From Verrucomicrobiota bacterium (GTDB taxonomy: Bacteria > Verrucomicrobiota > Verrucomicrobiia > Palsa-1439), in NCBI GenBank assembly GCA_003152315.1, contig PLZV01000053.1:48931-112930 (forward strand): DNA of 64,000 bases, in the 5' to 3' direction. Positions 47,196 through 55,314 of this stretch are shown in pieces; within the stretch, counting starts at the first letter, position 1; every line of letters starts with the position of its first letter. Below the pieces are notes generated by a model, which ran no database searches, was not told the DNA's origin, and saw only the letters and a list, made by a program, of their open reading frames with translations. The translations under genes and the position numbers were made by a program.

Positions 47196-47648
47196 TTGTC
47201 AGAGGCGATTATAAAAATTGCTATTGCATCGGATCATGCAGGATTTCGTTACAAGGTGATCGTCGCGGCGCACTTGCGATCCGCGGGGTATGAAGTTGTC
47301 GATTTTGGGACGGACAGCGAAGTGCCGGTCGACTATCCGGATTTCATCCGGCCCGCCGCCGAAAGTGTGGCGAACGGGGAAACCGGCCTGGGGATTGTTC
47401 TCGGAGGCAGCGGAAATGGCGAGGCGATCGTGGCCAACAAGGTTAAGGGCGTCCGTTGCGCCGTTTGCTGGAATGAGGACAGCGCCCGACTTGGCAAACA
47501 ACACAACAACGCGAATGTTATCTCCTTCGGCGAGAGGATGGTCAGCGAAGAGGAAGCGATCCGCATTGTCGATACGTGGTTGCGCGCTGAATTTGAAGGC
47601 GGCCGGCATCAGCGGAGAATCGAGAAAATCGAGAGTGGCGGCGCGTGA
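47196..47648 (+). CDS. rpiB: Ribose-5-phosphate isomerase B
   Basis: It has KIAIASDHAGFRYK, GIVLGGSGNGEAIVANKVKGVRCA and NANVISFGERMV. Confidence 0.9.
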   Translation: MSEAIIKIAIASDHAGFRYKVIVAAHLRSAGYEVVDFGTDSEVPVDYPDFIRPAAESVANGETGLGIVLGGSGNGEAIVANKVKGVRCAVCWNEDSARLGKQHNNANVISFGERMVSEEEAIRIVDTWLRAEFEGGRHQRRIEKIESGGA

Positions 47649-47673
47649 GCCATTGACCAGTTGGTGTCAACCA

Positions 47674-48315
47674 ATGGATGACCGAAAGACCAACGACGTT
47701 GCGGGCAGCTACGACCGGGTGGCGGACGAATACGTGGCCCGCATCTATGACGAGTTGCGGCACAAGCCACTCGACCGCCAACTCCTGGACCGATTTGCCG
47801 ACAGCGTGCGGGAAATCGGACTGGCGTGCGATATGGGTTGCGGCCCGGGGCAGGTCGCGCGTTACCTGCACGAACGCGGGGCACAGGTTTGTGGCGTGGA
47901 TTTGTCGCCCGAAATGGTTCAGCGCGCCCGCCGCTTGAATCCGGGCATCGACTTCCAGCAGGGCGACATGCTGGCGCTGGACGTGGAGGATGAAGCGTGG
48001 GCAGGCATCGCGGCGTTCTACTCGATCATTCATATTCCGCGAGACGACCTGGTGCGAGCGCTGCGCGAACTGCGGCGCGTTCTGCAGCCGGGTGGACGGC
48101 TCCTGCTGACATTCCACATCGGCGATGAGGTCAAACACCTGGAGGAGTGGTGGGGTTACAAAGTATCCGTGGACTTCCTGTTTTTCCGCTCGGATGAAAT
48201 GGCGGGCTACCTGAAGTCGGCCGGTTTTGAGATCGAGGAGATCATCGAGAGAGATCCCTATCCGGATGTCGAACACCAGAGTCGGCGGGCTTATATCTTT
48301 GCCCGGAGACCATGA
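47674..48315 (+). CDS. Class I SAM-dependent methyltransferase
   Basis: The ATG at 47674 gives MDDRKTNDVAGSYDRVADEY, followed by ACDMGCGPGQVA and LQPGGRLLLTFH. The track ORF from 47290 is an out-of-context extension through rpiB. Confidence 0.8.
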   Translation: MDDRKTNDVAGSYDRVADEYVARIYDELRHKPLDRQLLDRFADSVREIGLACDMGCGPGQVARYLHERGAQVCGVDLSPEMVQRARRLNPGIDFQQGDMLALDVEDEAWAGIAAFYSIIHIPRDDLVRALRELRRVLQPGGRLLLTFHIGDEVKHLEEWWGYKVSVDFLFFRSDEMAGYLKSAGFEIEEIIERDPYPDVEHQSRRAYIFARRP

Positions 48316-48800
48316 ATCACGATTCGACTGTCAAGAGTTCGGGCGTGCGCGTGTTCCCACCGTTGCTCTACGCGACGGGAATCGGGGTGGGTTTTCTGTT
48401 GCACTGGTATTGGCCAGTGCGTCCCGTACTCACGGGGAGCGGGCTGGTGTTAGTCGCGCGCGCAGTCGGCTGGGTGTTTATCACAGCCAGCATCATGCTG
48501 CCGATCTGGGCGGCACGGTTGTTCCACCGCGCCGGCACGACGCCGAACCCCATGCGATCGACGACGGCGCTGGTGTTTACAGGACCCTATCGTTTCACCC
48601 GCAACCCGATGTATCTGGGTTTGGCGTTGCTTCAAGTGGGACTGGCAATGGTGACCAACTCTCCTTGGCCGCTTCTCACGCTGGCGCCGGTGATCGTGGC
48701 GGTGCGGCGTTTGGTCATCGACCGCGAGGAACGTTACCTTGAAGCGAAATTTGGCGAAGAGTACCGGGTCTACAAAGCGCGGGTGCGGCGCTGGCTGTAA
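48312..48800 (+). CDS. Isoprenylcysteine carboxyl / phospholipid methyltransferase-family membrane protein
   Basis: It has four TM segments and the motif LVFTGPYRFTRNPMYLGL...EERYLEAKFGEEY. Confidence 0.8.
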   Translation: MNHDSTVKSSGVRVFPPLLYATGIGVGFLLHWYWPVRPVLTGSGLVLVARAVGWVFITASIMLPIWAARLFHRAGTTPNPMRSTTALVFTGPYRFTRNPMYLGLALLQVGLAMVTNSPWPLLTLAPVIVAVRRLVIDREERYLEAKFGEEYRVYKARVRRWL

Positions 48801-48889
48801 CGGCTCACGACTTATCCCGACAATCCACGAGAAGTCTGGCATCCGCAACGAAGCAGCCATATACTTTCTCTCGCGAGAGAGACTACCGA

Positions 48890-49423
48890 ATGAAGATATT
48901 TGTACTGACATGGTTATTGGTGGCGGGAAACGTTTGGTCCGCCACAGGGGCCGACATCAAACGGTTCGATTTGAATGGGGAAGGGACACTGACGATTGCG
49001 GTGCCGCAAGCGATCCGGGTGCAGTTTGCTCCGGCGGAGGGCGGACAGCCCGCGCATCTGATCCTCTCGGACACGAACACGGTCAGCGAAATGCGCATGG
49101 TGCTGGCCAAGAGTGTGCTGAAGCTGTCCGACGATCAAATGAAAGGCCAACTCCTTACCGCCGGACAACGGCTCATGTCGGCGGTTGTGGAAAAAGAGAT
49201 CAAAGTGCAAGAGCTGAAGGGCAGCGCTTTCACGTACTTCTATTTTGAACTGACGGATAATCGTCCGGATCCCCTACAGGGCGGCCGGTATATACTCCAG
49301 GGATTGGGCAGGAGTCCCGGATACACGTGTGAGTTCGTCATGTTGATGCATCGGAAGAACGGGGATGCGAAAGACCAGATTTTGAATTCCCTCCGGTCGC
49401 TCGACATACGCACGAAAAACTGA
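48890..49423 (+). CDS. Secreted hypothetical protein
   Basis: 177 aa with the signal peptide MKIFVLTWLLVAGNVWSA. I recognise no motif. Confidence 0.4.
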   Translation: MKIFVLTWLLVAGNVWSATGADIKRFDLNGEGTLTIAVPQAIRVQFAPAEGGQPAHLILSDTNTVSEMRMVLAKSVLKLSDDQMKGQLLTAGQRLMSAVVEKEIKVQELKGSAFTYFYFELTDNRPDPLQGGRYILQGLGRSPGYTCEFVMLMHRKNGDAKDQILNSLRSLDIRTKN

Positions 49424-49446
49424 GACGGGAAGCGCCACGGGTTTTC

Positions 49447-49542
49447 ATGGCATCCAGCATGACGATCACGAAAGAGTGGGCCGAGTCATTTCCGGCGGAG
49501 TGGATTGAGGCGTGGAACGCCCACGACCTGCCCCGTGGCTAG
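49447..49542 (+). pseudogene. Truncated N-terminal fragment of a SnoaL/NTF2-like protein
   Basis: The 31-codon ORF MASSMTITKEWAESFPAEWIEAWNAHDLPRG* has the characteristic W-x-x-AWN-x-HDL opening of NTF2-like domains. It stops where the domain body should follow. Confidence 0.35.
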
Positions 49543-49563
49543 AACCGGCAGGAGGACGAGAAT

Positions 49564-49932
49564 ATGAAAGTGATTGAAATCGCCTTTACGGTTTATCCGG
49601 TGACCGACCTGAAACGGGGCCGGCAGTTTTATGAGGAAACACTGGGCTTGAAGGCGTCCAGTGTTTTCGGCGGCGCGGACAAGGGGATGGTGGAATACGA
49701 CATTGGGACGGGCACGCTGGCCATCGGTTGCGGGGCGCCGAATTTCAAACCTTCTGCCGGCGGCGGCTGTGCCGCGTTGGAAGTGGATGATTTCCCGGCG
49801 GCCATCAAGCGTCTCAAAGACAGCGGTTGCAAGTTCGTCACCGAACCCACGGAGACGCCCGTCTGCCACATTGCGGTCATCTCCGATCCTGACGCCAATA
49901 CGCTCATCATTCACAAGCGGAAGGCTGGATGA
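49564..49932 (+). CDS. VOC/glyoxalase-family protein
   Basis: 122 aa with IEIAFTVYPVTDLKRGRQFYEETLGL and a typical beta-alpha-beta3 module length. Confidence 0.75.
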   Translation: MKVIEIAFTVYPVTDLKRGRQFYEETLGLKASSVFGGADKGMVEYDIGTGTLAIGCGAPNFKPSAGGGCAALEVDDFPAAIKRLKDSGCKFVTEPTETPVCHIAVISDPDANTLIIHKRKAG

Positions 49933-50027
49933 GGGAGGCGGCGAGCCACGATACAAATGGCCTGTTTTTATTCGGCTTGCCTTCGGGAGGGCAAAATGGG
50001 ATGTAAGAAACCATCTGCTGTAACCCC

Positions 50028-50264
50028 ATGAATAAGGAGCCAGCCATGCAAACGTCTGAAAGCAAATGCTGTTGTTTCTGTCACAAAGCGCCCGGTCTGT
50101 TGATCGCCTTGATCGGTCTCACGTTTCTGCTGGGCGCATTTAATGTGCTCAGCCCCCGAGCCGTCGAGATCACCTGGCCGATCTTATTGATCCTGCTGGG
50201 ATTGAAGAAGATGTGTGGTGGCATGTGCAAGTGTTGTAGCGCGGCCAAGCCGAGTTCGCCATGA
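50028..50264 (+). CDS. Small Cys-rich two-TM membrane protein
   Basis: 78 aa. It has N-terminal CCCFCH, two hydrophobic helices, and C-terminal MCGGMCKCC. Its stop overlaps the next ATG. Confidence 0.45.
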   Translation: MNKEPAMQTSESKCCCFCHKAPGLLIALIGLTFLLGAFNVLSPRAVEITWPILLILLGLKKMCGGMCKCCSAAKPSSP

Positions 50265-50665
50265 CGAAAGAGATCAGACATCGAGTAACCGTTCGCGCCA
50301 CGCCGGCCAGAGTTTACGCGGCCTTGATGGATGAGAAGAAGCACACGCAGTTTACGGGGGAGCGGGCCCGAATCGACCGCCGCGTGGGTGGAACATTTAC
50401 GTGTTACGGCACGTACATCAACGGGATCACGTTGGAATTGCAGCCGGGCAAACACATCGTGCAGGCGTGGCGGTCGCGGAATTGGCCGAAGGGGACCTAT
50501 AGCATTGTTGCGTTCAAGCTTTCCAAGGCGGCCGGGGGTAGGACCACACTGCGCTTCACGCAAGTGGGCGTGCCGGCAAATGATTACCTAGATAAGAACA
50601 AGGGTTGGCGGACACATTATTGGGAACCCTTGAAGCGATACCTGGCGGCGACAGCATCACCATAA
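50261..50665 (+). CDS. SRPBCC/AHSA1-domain protein
   Basis: 134 aa. It has HRVTVRATPARVYAALMDEKKH...GGTFTCYG...W and a length typical of Aha1/START-like folds. Confidence 0.65.
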   Translation: MTKEIRHRVTVRATPARVYAALMDEKKHTQFTGERARIDRRVGGTFTCYGTYINGITLELQPGKHIVQAWRSRNWPKGTYSIVAFKLSKAAGGRTTLRFTQVGVPANDYLDKNKGWRTHYWEPLKRYLAATASP

Positions 50666-50710
50666 GCAAGTTGACGCGGCTTACTGGCGCTTGAAAGAAC
50701 CGGAGGTATC

Positions 50711-50992
50711 ATGCCAATGATGAATATAAGCGTATTAGTGGCAGCATTCTTCTCTTTGTTTCCTTTGGTCGGGTCTCTGATACTTATATTCCGCGACAAG
50801 AGTTGGCCAGTGGTTTTGCTTCTCATGGGCAGCGTCCTTGGTTTTTGCGCGGCTCTGTTGGTTGTCGCGTATGCCATTATTGGCGGAGGTACGCCAGGGT
50901 ACATTTTCATTGTCAGATTCGGCAGCCTCCCGGGTCGGGTTGTCTTTTGGATAGGATTCCTGGCTTATGCGCTCAAACAGGAGCGTGCCTAG
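50711..50992 (+). CDS. Small three-TM membrane protein (hypothetical). It looks AT-richer than its surroundings.
   Basis: 93 aa, entirely hydrophobic helices. No motif recognised. Confidence 0.35.
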   Translation: MPMMNISVLVAAFFSLFPLVGSLILIFRDKSWPVVLLLMGSVLGFCAALLVVAYAIIGGGTPGYIFIVRFGSLPGRVVFWIGFLAYALKQERA

Positions 50993-51037
50993 CTGTTAGG
51001 TAACTCATAAGCGAGGACAACACACGGCGATTCGGTT

Positions 51038-51664
51038 TTGCCCATGGCCATATCTCTCGTGGAACAGGAACTTTCAAGGTTGTTGGTGGCCCGGAGTGGG
51101 CACTTCCAATTTGAATCCGGTCATCACGGCAACCTGTGGCTCGACCTCGATGCGCTATTTCTGTATCCCAGTCGTCTGCTGCCGTTCATCGCCGAATTGG
51201 CAACGCGGTTCGCGAAGTACAAGGTTCAGGCGGTATGCGGACCGTTGGTTGGCGGCGCGTTCCTGGCGCAGTCGCTTGCGATCGCGCTCCATGTGGAATT
51301 CTCTTTCGCCGAGCGGTGCGCGTCTACGGAACGCAGTGCCTCGTCTTCCGCCATTTACCGAATCCCCAATGGCCTGCGCGCAACGCTCCACGGAAAGAGG
51401 GTTGCGATTGTGGACGATGCGATCAATGCGGGATCGGCCGTCCGGGGCACGCTGACCGACTTGCAGTTTTGCGGCGCAAACCCGGTGGTCATTGGCGCGC
51501 TGCTCGTGCTGGGCAATGCCGCTGTCCGCCTTTCCGCCGAACACGACATCCCGGTGGAATCGATAGCCCAGCTTCCGAGTTCTTTGTGGGCACCATCGAA
51601 ATGTCCGTTGTGCGCCTCCCAGACGCCGCTGGAAAATGCCATAGACGAGGCGCGGCCGGGTTGA
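51038..51664 (+). CDS. Phosphoribosyltransferase-domain protein (orotate PRTase-like)
   Basis: It has the PRPP-binding loop KRVAIVDDAINAGSAVRGT. The ATG at 51044 is the likely start. Confidence 0.7.
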   Translation: MPMAISLVEQELSRLLVARSGHFQFESGHHGNLWLDLDALFLYPSRLLPFIAELATRFAKYKVQAVCGPLVGGAFLAQSLAIALHVEFSFAERCASTERSASSSAIYRIPNGLRATLHGKRVAIVDDAINAGSAVRGTLTDLQFCGANPVVIGALLVLGNAAVRLSAEHDIPVESIAQLPSSLWAPSKCPLCASQTPLENAIDEARPG

Positions 51665-51748
51665 CAAGCCGGTCGCGCGATTTGAAATGTCGATGCGCTG
51701 CACGTATGCTGTGCGCTACGTCACAACTTCAACCAGGAGACTGCAATC

Positions 51749-52354
51749 ATGGCGACTGTAAAGATGAACGCAAGCGAAGTACGGAAGCCCGAGCATGCTA
51801 TCGACAAGCTTTTTCTCGACCGTTGGTCGCCGCGCGCGCTTTCGAGCGAACCCATCACTGACAAGGAATTGCTGGGCTTGTTTGAGGCGGCGAAATGGGC
51901 GCCGTCCGGGTCCAACGGGCAGCCGTGGCGGTTTCTCTATGCGCACCGCGACACGGACAACTGGCCGTTCTTTTTCAACCTCCTGGTGGAGTTTAATCAG
52001 GGCTGGGCAAAAAATGCCGCAGTGCTGGTAGTCATGATTTCGCGCACGACGTTCGAGCACAACGACAAACCGTGCATCACGCATGCGTTCGATACGGGTG
52101 CGGCGTGGGGCTATCTCGCATTGCAAGGCTCCCTGCGCGGACTCGTCGTCCACGGCATGGCGGGCTTCGATTACGAAAAAGCCAGGCGTGACCTGCAGAT
52201 TCCTGAGGGTTATGAAGTCCACGCCATGGCGGCCATTGGCAGGCCGGGTCGCAAAGAGGATCTTCCTGCCAAGTTGCAAGAGCGGGAGGTCCCCAGCGAC
52301 CGCAAGCAACTAGCCCAGATCGTTTGCGAAGGAAAATTCAGTTTCACCCCATAG
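51749..52354 (+). CDS. Nitroreductase-family oxidoreductase
   Basis: The motifs RWSPRALSSEPI, APSGSNGQPWRF and a C-terminal GRPG pattern are present. Confidence 0.8.
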   Translation: MATVKMNASEVRKPEHAIDKLFLDRWSPRALSSEPITDKELLGLFEAAKWAPSGSNGQPWRFLYAHRDTDNWPFFFNLLVEFNQGWAKNAAVLVVMISRTTFEHNDKPCITHAFDTGAAWGYLALQGSLRGLVVHGMAGFDYEKARRDLQIPEGYEVHAMAAIGRPGRKEDLPAKLQEREVPSDRKQLAQIVCEGKFSFTP

Positions 52355-52404
52355 TTCAGAACCGAACTTGGGGGCGGGTCTGTCGCCGCGAGCCGTCTAT
52401 TGGT

Positions 52405-52857
52405 TTACGGCGCGTCGAGCCACGCGATCACCTTATCGGCCTTGCCACGGAACAGGACGCGCAAGGCGACCCTGATTTCGTCGCGATCCCCCGAACTTCG
52501 CTTCCAGCGAAGCTTCAACTTGCGGAGCCCGGGCAGGTCGGGCTGGCTAATGCGGTAGGGCGTTCTGGATTCGGCGATCCGTGATGAGCCCTTGCCGCTG
52601 AGCAGTTTGCGCATTTGATCGAGCGCAATGGCCTTCGACGTGAAAGCCTCGGCGGGGATCCCCAAACGGTAGGCGATCGACTCGATGCCCTTGGTTGACG
52701 GCGTCCGCTTGCCGGAGGCGAAGTCGCTGACCGACCCCTGACTGATGCCCAGTTGTTGCGCGGCTTCGGTCTGCGTCCAATCGGCAGCCGACAGCAACAT
52801 GCGAAAATTGGCCGTGAAAACCCTGCGGTTATCGGAATTTGTTTTTGATGTTGACAT
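52405..52857 (-). CDS. XRE-family HTH DNA-binding protein
   Basis: The ATG at 52857 gives MSTSKTNSDNRRVFTANFRMLLSAADWTQTEAAQQLGISQGSVSDFASGKRTPS, a classic XRE HTH. The track's 283-aa version adds an implausible Gly/Arg/Ala-rich N-extension. Confidence 0.7.
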   Translation of the reverse strand: MSTSKTNSDNRRVFTANFRMLLSAADWTQTEAAQQLGISQGSVSDFASGKRTPSTKGIESIAYRLGIPAEAFTSKAIALDQMRKLLSGKGSSRIAESRTPYRISQPDLPGLRKLKLRWKRSSGDRDEIRVALRVLFRGKADKVIAWLDAP

Positions 52858-53419
52858 AGGTATCGTTTCTCGATATGGGTTACAGCATGCTTCTATGTTG
52901 GTATTTATACTGGTTCGCTTGCAAGGAAACCAAAATCGCGGGGCAAAGACAAGCTCGAAAATGCCGACCCGCACTTTTTTCGACGGGCCCCCTCCCGCAG
53001 CCCGACACCCCGCTCTCCGCCACACCCGATCGAGCCCCTGCCGCAACCGCTTCTGCGGAGGCCGTGAAAAACCGCCCGCCGGCGCCCCCCCGCCAGCCAG
53101 CCCCGGCCCAACCGCTCGATCAACTGCCGTCCCGCCCCATCCCCGGTGACGGCCCACGGACCGCGCGCGTGCCCTCCTACACGCCGCGGCCCCCATTTTT
53201 TGATACAATAGCCCGTGTCTCTTGCCGATCCCCCCGGACCGCCAGGATCGAACCACGAAGCTCCCCCAGGTCGCGAAGCCCGAACAGCCGCATGATTAAT
53301 AGTCACCTCCCGAAGTTCTGATCCCGGTCCTGACGATGCGCCACACCCGCCAGCCAGCTACAGACAGGAAGCTCCCCGCTCCCGCGCCGGCCGTGTTCCA
53401 GCAACAATGGTTTTTCGAG

Positions 53420-53725
53420 ATGATTCCCTCACCGATCAACGGCGAAATCCGCCTCCGCATGCACCGTCCCTCCTCGTGGGTCTGCGTCGCCGAGGCCGCC
53501 GACCTCATTGCCTGCGGCATCCAAAAAGTCCACCACCTCTGCGACGATGGCCAACTCGAATGGCGCTGGCTCGACCACGAAGGCAGCGGCGGCAAGAAAC
53601 TCGTCCTCGTCGATTCCGTCCAGCACTACCTCACCAAGAAACACCAACTCCACCCCGTCCACCCCTCGCCCCGTCAATTGCGCAATGCCAAGCGCGTGCT
53701 GCGCAAGCGCCGTCGCGCGTTGTAG
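53420..53725 (+). CDS. Excisionase/AlpA-like (HTH_17) DNA-binding protein
   Basis: The segment WVCVAEAADLIACGIQKVHHLCDDGQLEWRW resembles the excisionase-family HTH. The C-terminus is basic. The start is uncertain (53336 or 53420). Confidence 0.45.
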   Translation: MIPSPINGEIRLRMHRPSSWVCVAEAADLIACGIQKVHHLCDDGQLEWRWLDHEGSGGKKLVLVDSVQHYLTKKHQLHPVHPSPRQLRNAKRVLRKRRRAL

Positions 53726-53768
53726 GCTCCCCGGCCGGCCACGGGTAACATGGCAGGTTGTAGCGCGA

Positions 53769-55238
53769 TTAGCCGCGGCGCACGGGTTTGGTCAGGGCGA
53801 GGACCAATCCAGCCCAGAGCAACAGAGCCAACGTCAGCACAGGAGTGACCCATGCCGGCAGCAGGGAGTGTATTTCGGCAAGACTGCAACTGTGTGCGGC
53901 CGCCAGCCACACGTCCAGGCGCAGGTTCAAAATCCCAAAAACCGCTGCCCAGCACAAAGCGAAATGTCCGATGCCGGCGCGGATAGCGGCCACTCCAGTC
54001 TTCCCCCGGACATGGAAGAAATGCCAAAGGCCCAGCACCAGCATGGTTCCGCCGACGATTACGGCTGAAATCCGGTCATTTTCTTGCCAGGCCACATAAA
54101 CCAGCCAGGAAAAAATGGCCAGATAAACGCCCGTCAACATACCAGCACGTGTGCCCGTCTTCATGGGCGTCATAGCAGGTCGGGGGGTTCCGATGGTTTG
54201 CTCAGTCTGTTGATAAAAGGCCAGTCTGTGCCGAAACCACGCGACGGTGAACGTGGCTGCGACGGCGGCATAAAACCACCAGAAGCCTGCCATCGCGGCA
54301 AAAAACGTCCGGTCACTCCACTCAAAGTGTTGGCTTAGGGACTTCATGGCAAACTTCGCAGGCATGCACCACACCAGCACGAAAACCCAAAAAACGGTGA
54401 ACCAAATCTTTTGAAGCCGGCGTTCGCGCGCGTCTGTGGTGGCGCGTATGACCAACCATTGTGACGCGATGCCGCCAAAAATCCCGATAAAGGGGGCCAA
54501 CGTCGCCAGCCACGCGGCCAGAAACCCGGATTTGGCCGCCGCCGTGCCTTTCGCTCCCAGGCCCGCACCGGCGGTTGCCGCCGAACCGGCTGCCAGCGGC
54601 AGCGCCGCCAGCACGGCCCCCGAAAACGCCTGACCCGGTGCCGTCCGGCTCAATGTTCCTTCCACGAATGCGATGACTTCTTCGTGCAATAGCTTTCGCC
54701 CGCGAGAGAGCCTTTGCTTCACGGCATCCTCGCTCAATTCCAACTCGGCCGCCACGCGCTCGACCGACTGTTGTTCGCGGTAGAACAAAATCAGCGGCTC
54801 ACGGTACGCATCGGGTACCCGTTCCAGAGCGCGCCAGAGAATCGCCTCTTCCTCACGGCTGACAGCTTGTGCCGCCGGCGACGGATCGGGTGATGGCGGT
54901 TCATGAAGCGTCTCCAGTGGCTCCGCGGCGTGAATGGGCTCGTGTACCTGTCGGCGAAGTTGTTTGCCGACCAGGAAGCGGGTGATTCCGCACAACCAGG
55001 CCCGCAGATGCGCGGGCTCGCGCAGCTCGGAAAGCTGCTTCCACGCAGCGAGAAAAGTTTCCTGGGCCAGGTCTTCGCTCAGGGTCAGGCTGCCCGTCGC
55101 ATTATAGGTGATCGAACAGACCAATGACTGATACCGCTCGACGATCTTCCGAAAGGCGTCCCGGTCGCCCGTCAGGCTCCATTCCACCAGTTGTTCATCG
55201 CTGTTCGCTATCGCCGGCATTGTCTGGGTCGTCATCAT
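53769..55238 (-). CDS. ECF sigma factor fused to a polytopic C-terminal domain of about 7-8 TM helices
   Basis: The ATG at 55238 gives MMTTQTMPAIANSDEQLVEWSLTGDRDAFRKIVERY. Region 2 (DLAQETFLAAWK...RAWLCGITR) and region 4 (VPDAYREPLILFYREQQSVERVAAELELSEDAVKQRLSRGR) follow, then about 280 aa of hydrophobic helices. Confidence 0.8.
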   Translation of the reverse strand: MMTTQTMPAIANSDEQLVEWSLTGDRDAFRKIVERYQSLVCSITYNATGSLTLSEDLAQETFLAAWKQLSELREPAHLRAWLCGITRFLVGKQLRRQVHEPIHAAEPLETLHEPPSPDPSPAAQAVSREEEAILWRALERVPDAYREPLILFYREQQSVERVAAELELSEDAVKQRLSRGRKLLHEEVIAFVEGTLSRTAPGQAFSGAVLAALPLAAGSAATAGAGLGAKGTAAAKSGFLAAWLATLAPFIGIFGGIASQWLVIRATTDARERRLQKIWFTVFWVFVLVWCMPAKFAMKSLSQHFEWSDRTFFAAMAGFWWFYAAVAATFTVAWFRHRLAFYQQTEQTIGTPRPAMTPMKTGTRAGMLTGVYLAIFSWLVYVAWQENDRISAVIVGGTMLVLGLWHFFHVRGKTGVAAIRAGIGHFALCWAAVFGILNLRLDVWLAAAHSCSLAEIHSLLPAWVTPVLTLALLLWAGLVLALTKPVRRG

Positions 55239-55314
55239 ATCACCGCATAAGTACCGGGAAAGGATGAAGAGGTGACAAGAAATGTTGCCGCTGCGGTCCG
55301 TCAGCCCAAAGCCT

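Noticed and set aside
52858-53321. Pro-rich ORFs (52875..53321 plus strand, 52905..53306 minus strand) and the N-terminal 133 aa of the 283-aa track ORF.
   Set aside because: They arise from the strand-biased C-rich tract. They have no start context, no domains and an implausible composition. The XRE protein begins convincingly at the ATG at 52857.
53225-53335. Possible tRNA or tmRNA gene on the minus strand, suggested by GGTTCGATCC.
   Set aside because: The T-stem would have two mismatches. No matching 5' acceptor strand, D-arm or anticodon arm could be folded. No CCA or tmRNA tag reading frame is present. I kept it only as a tRNA-fragment-like scar.
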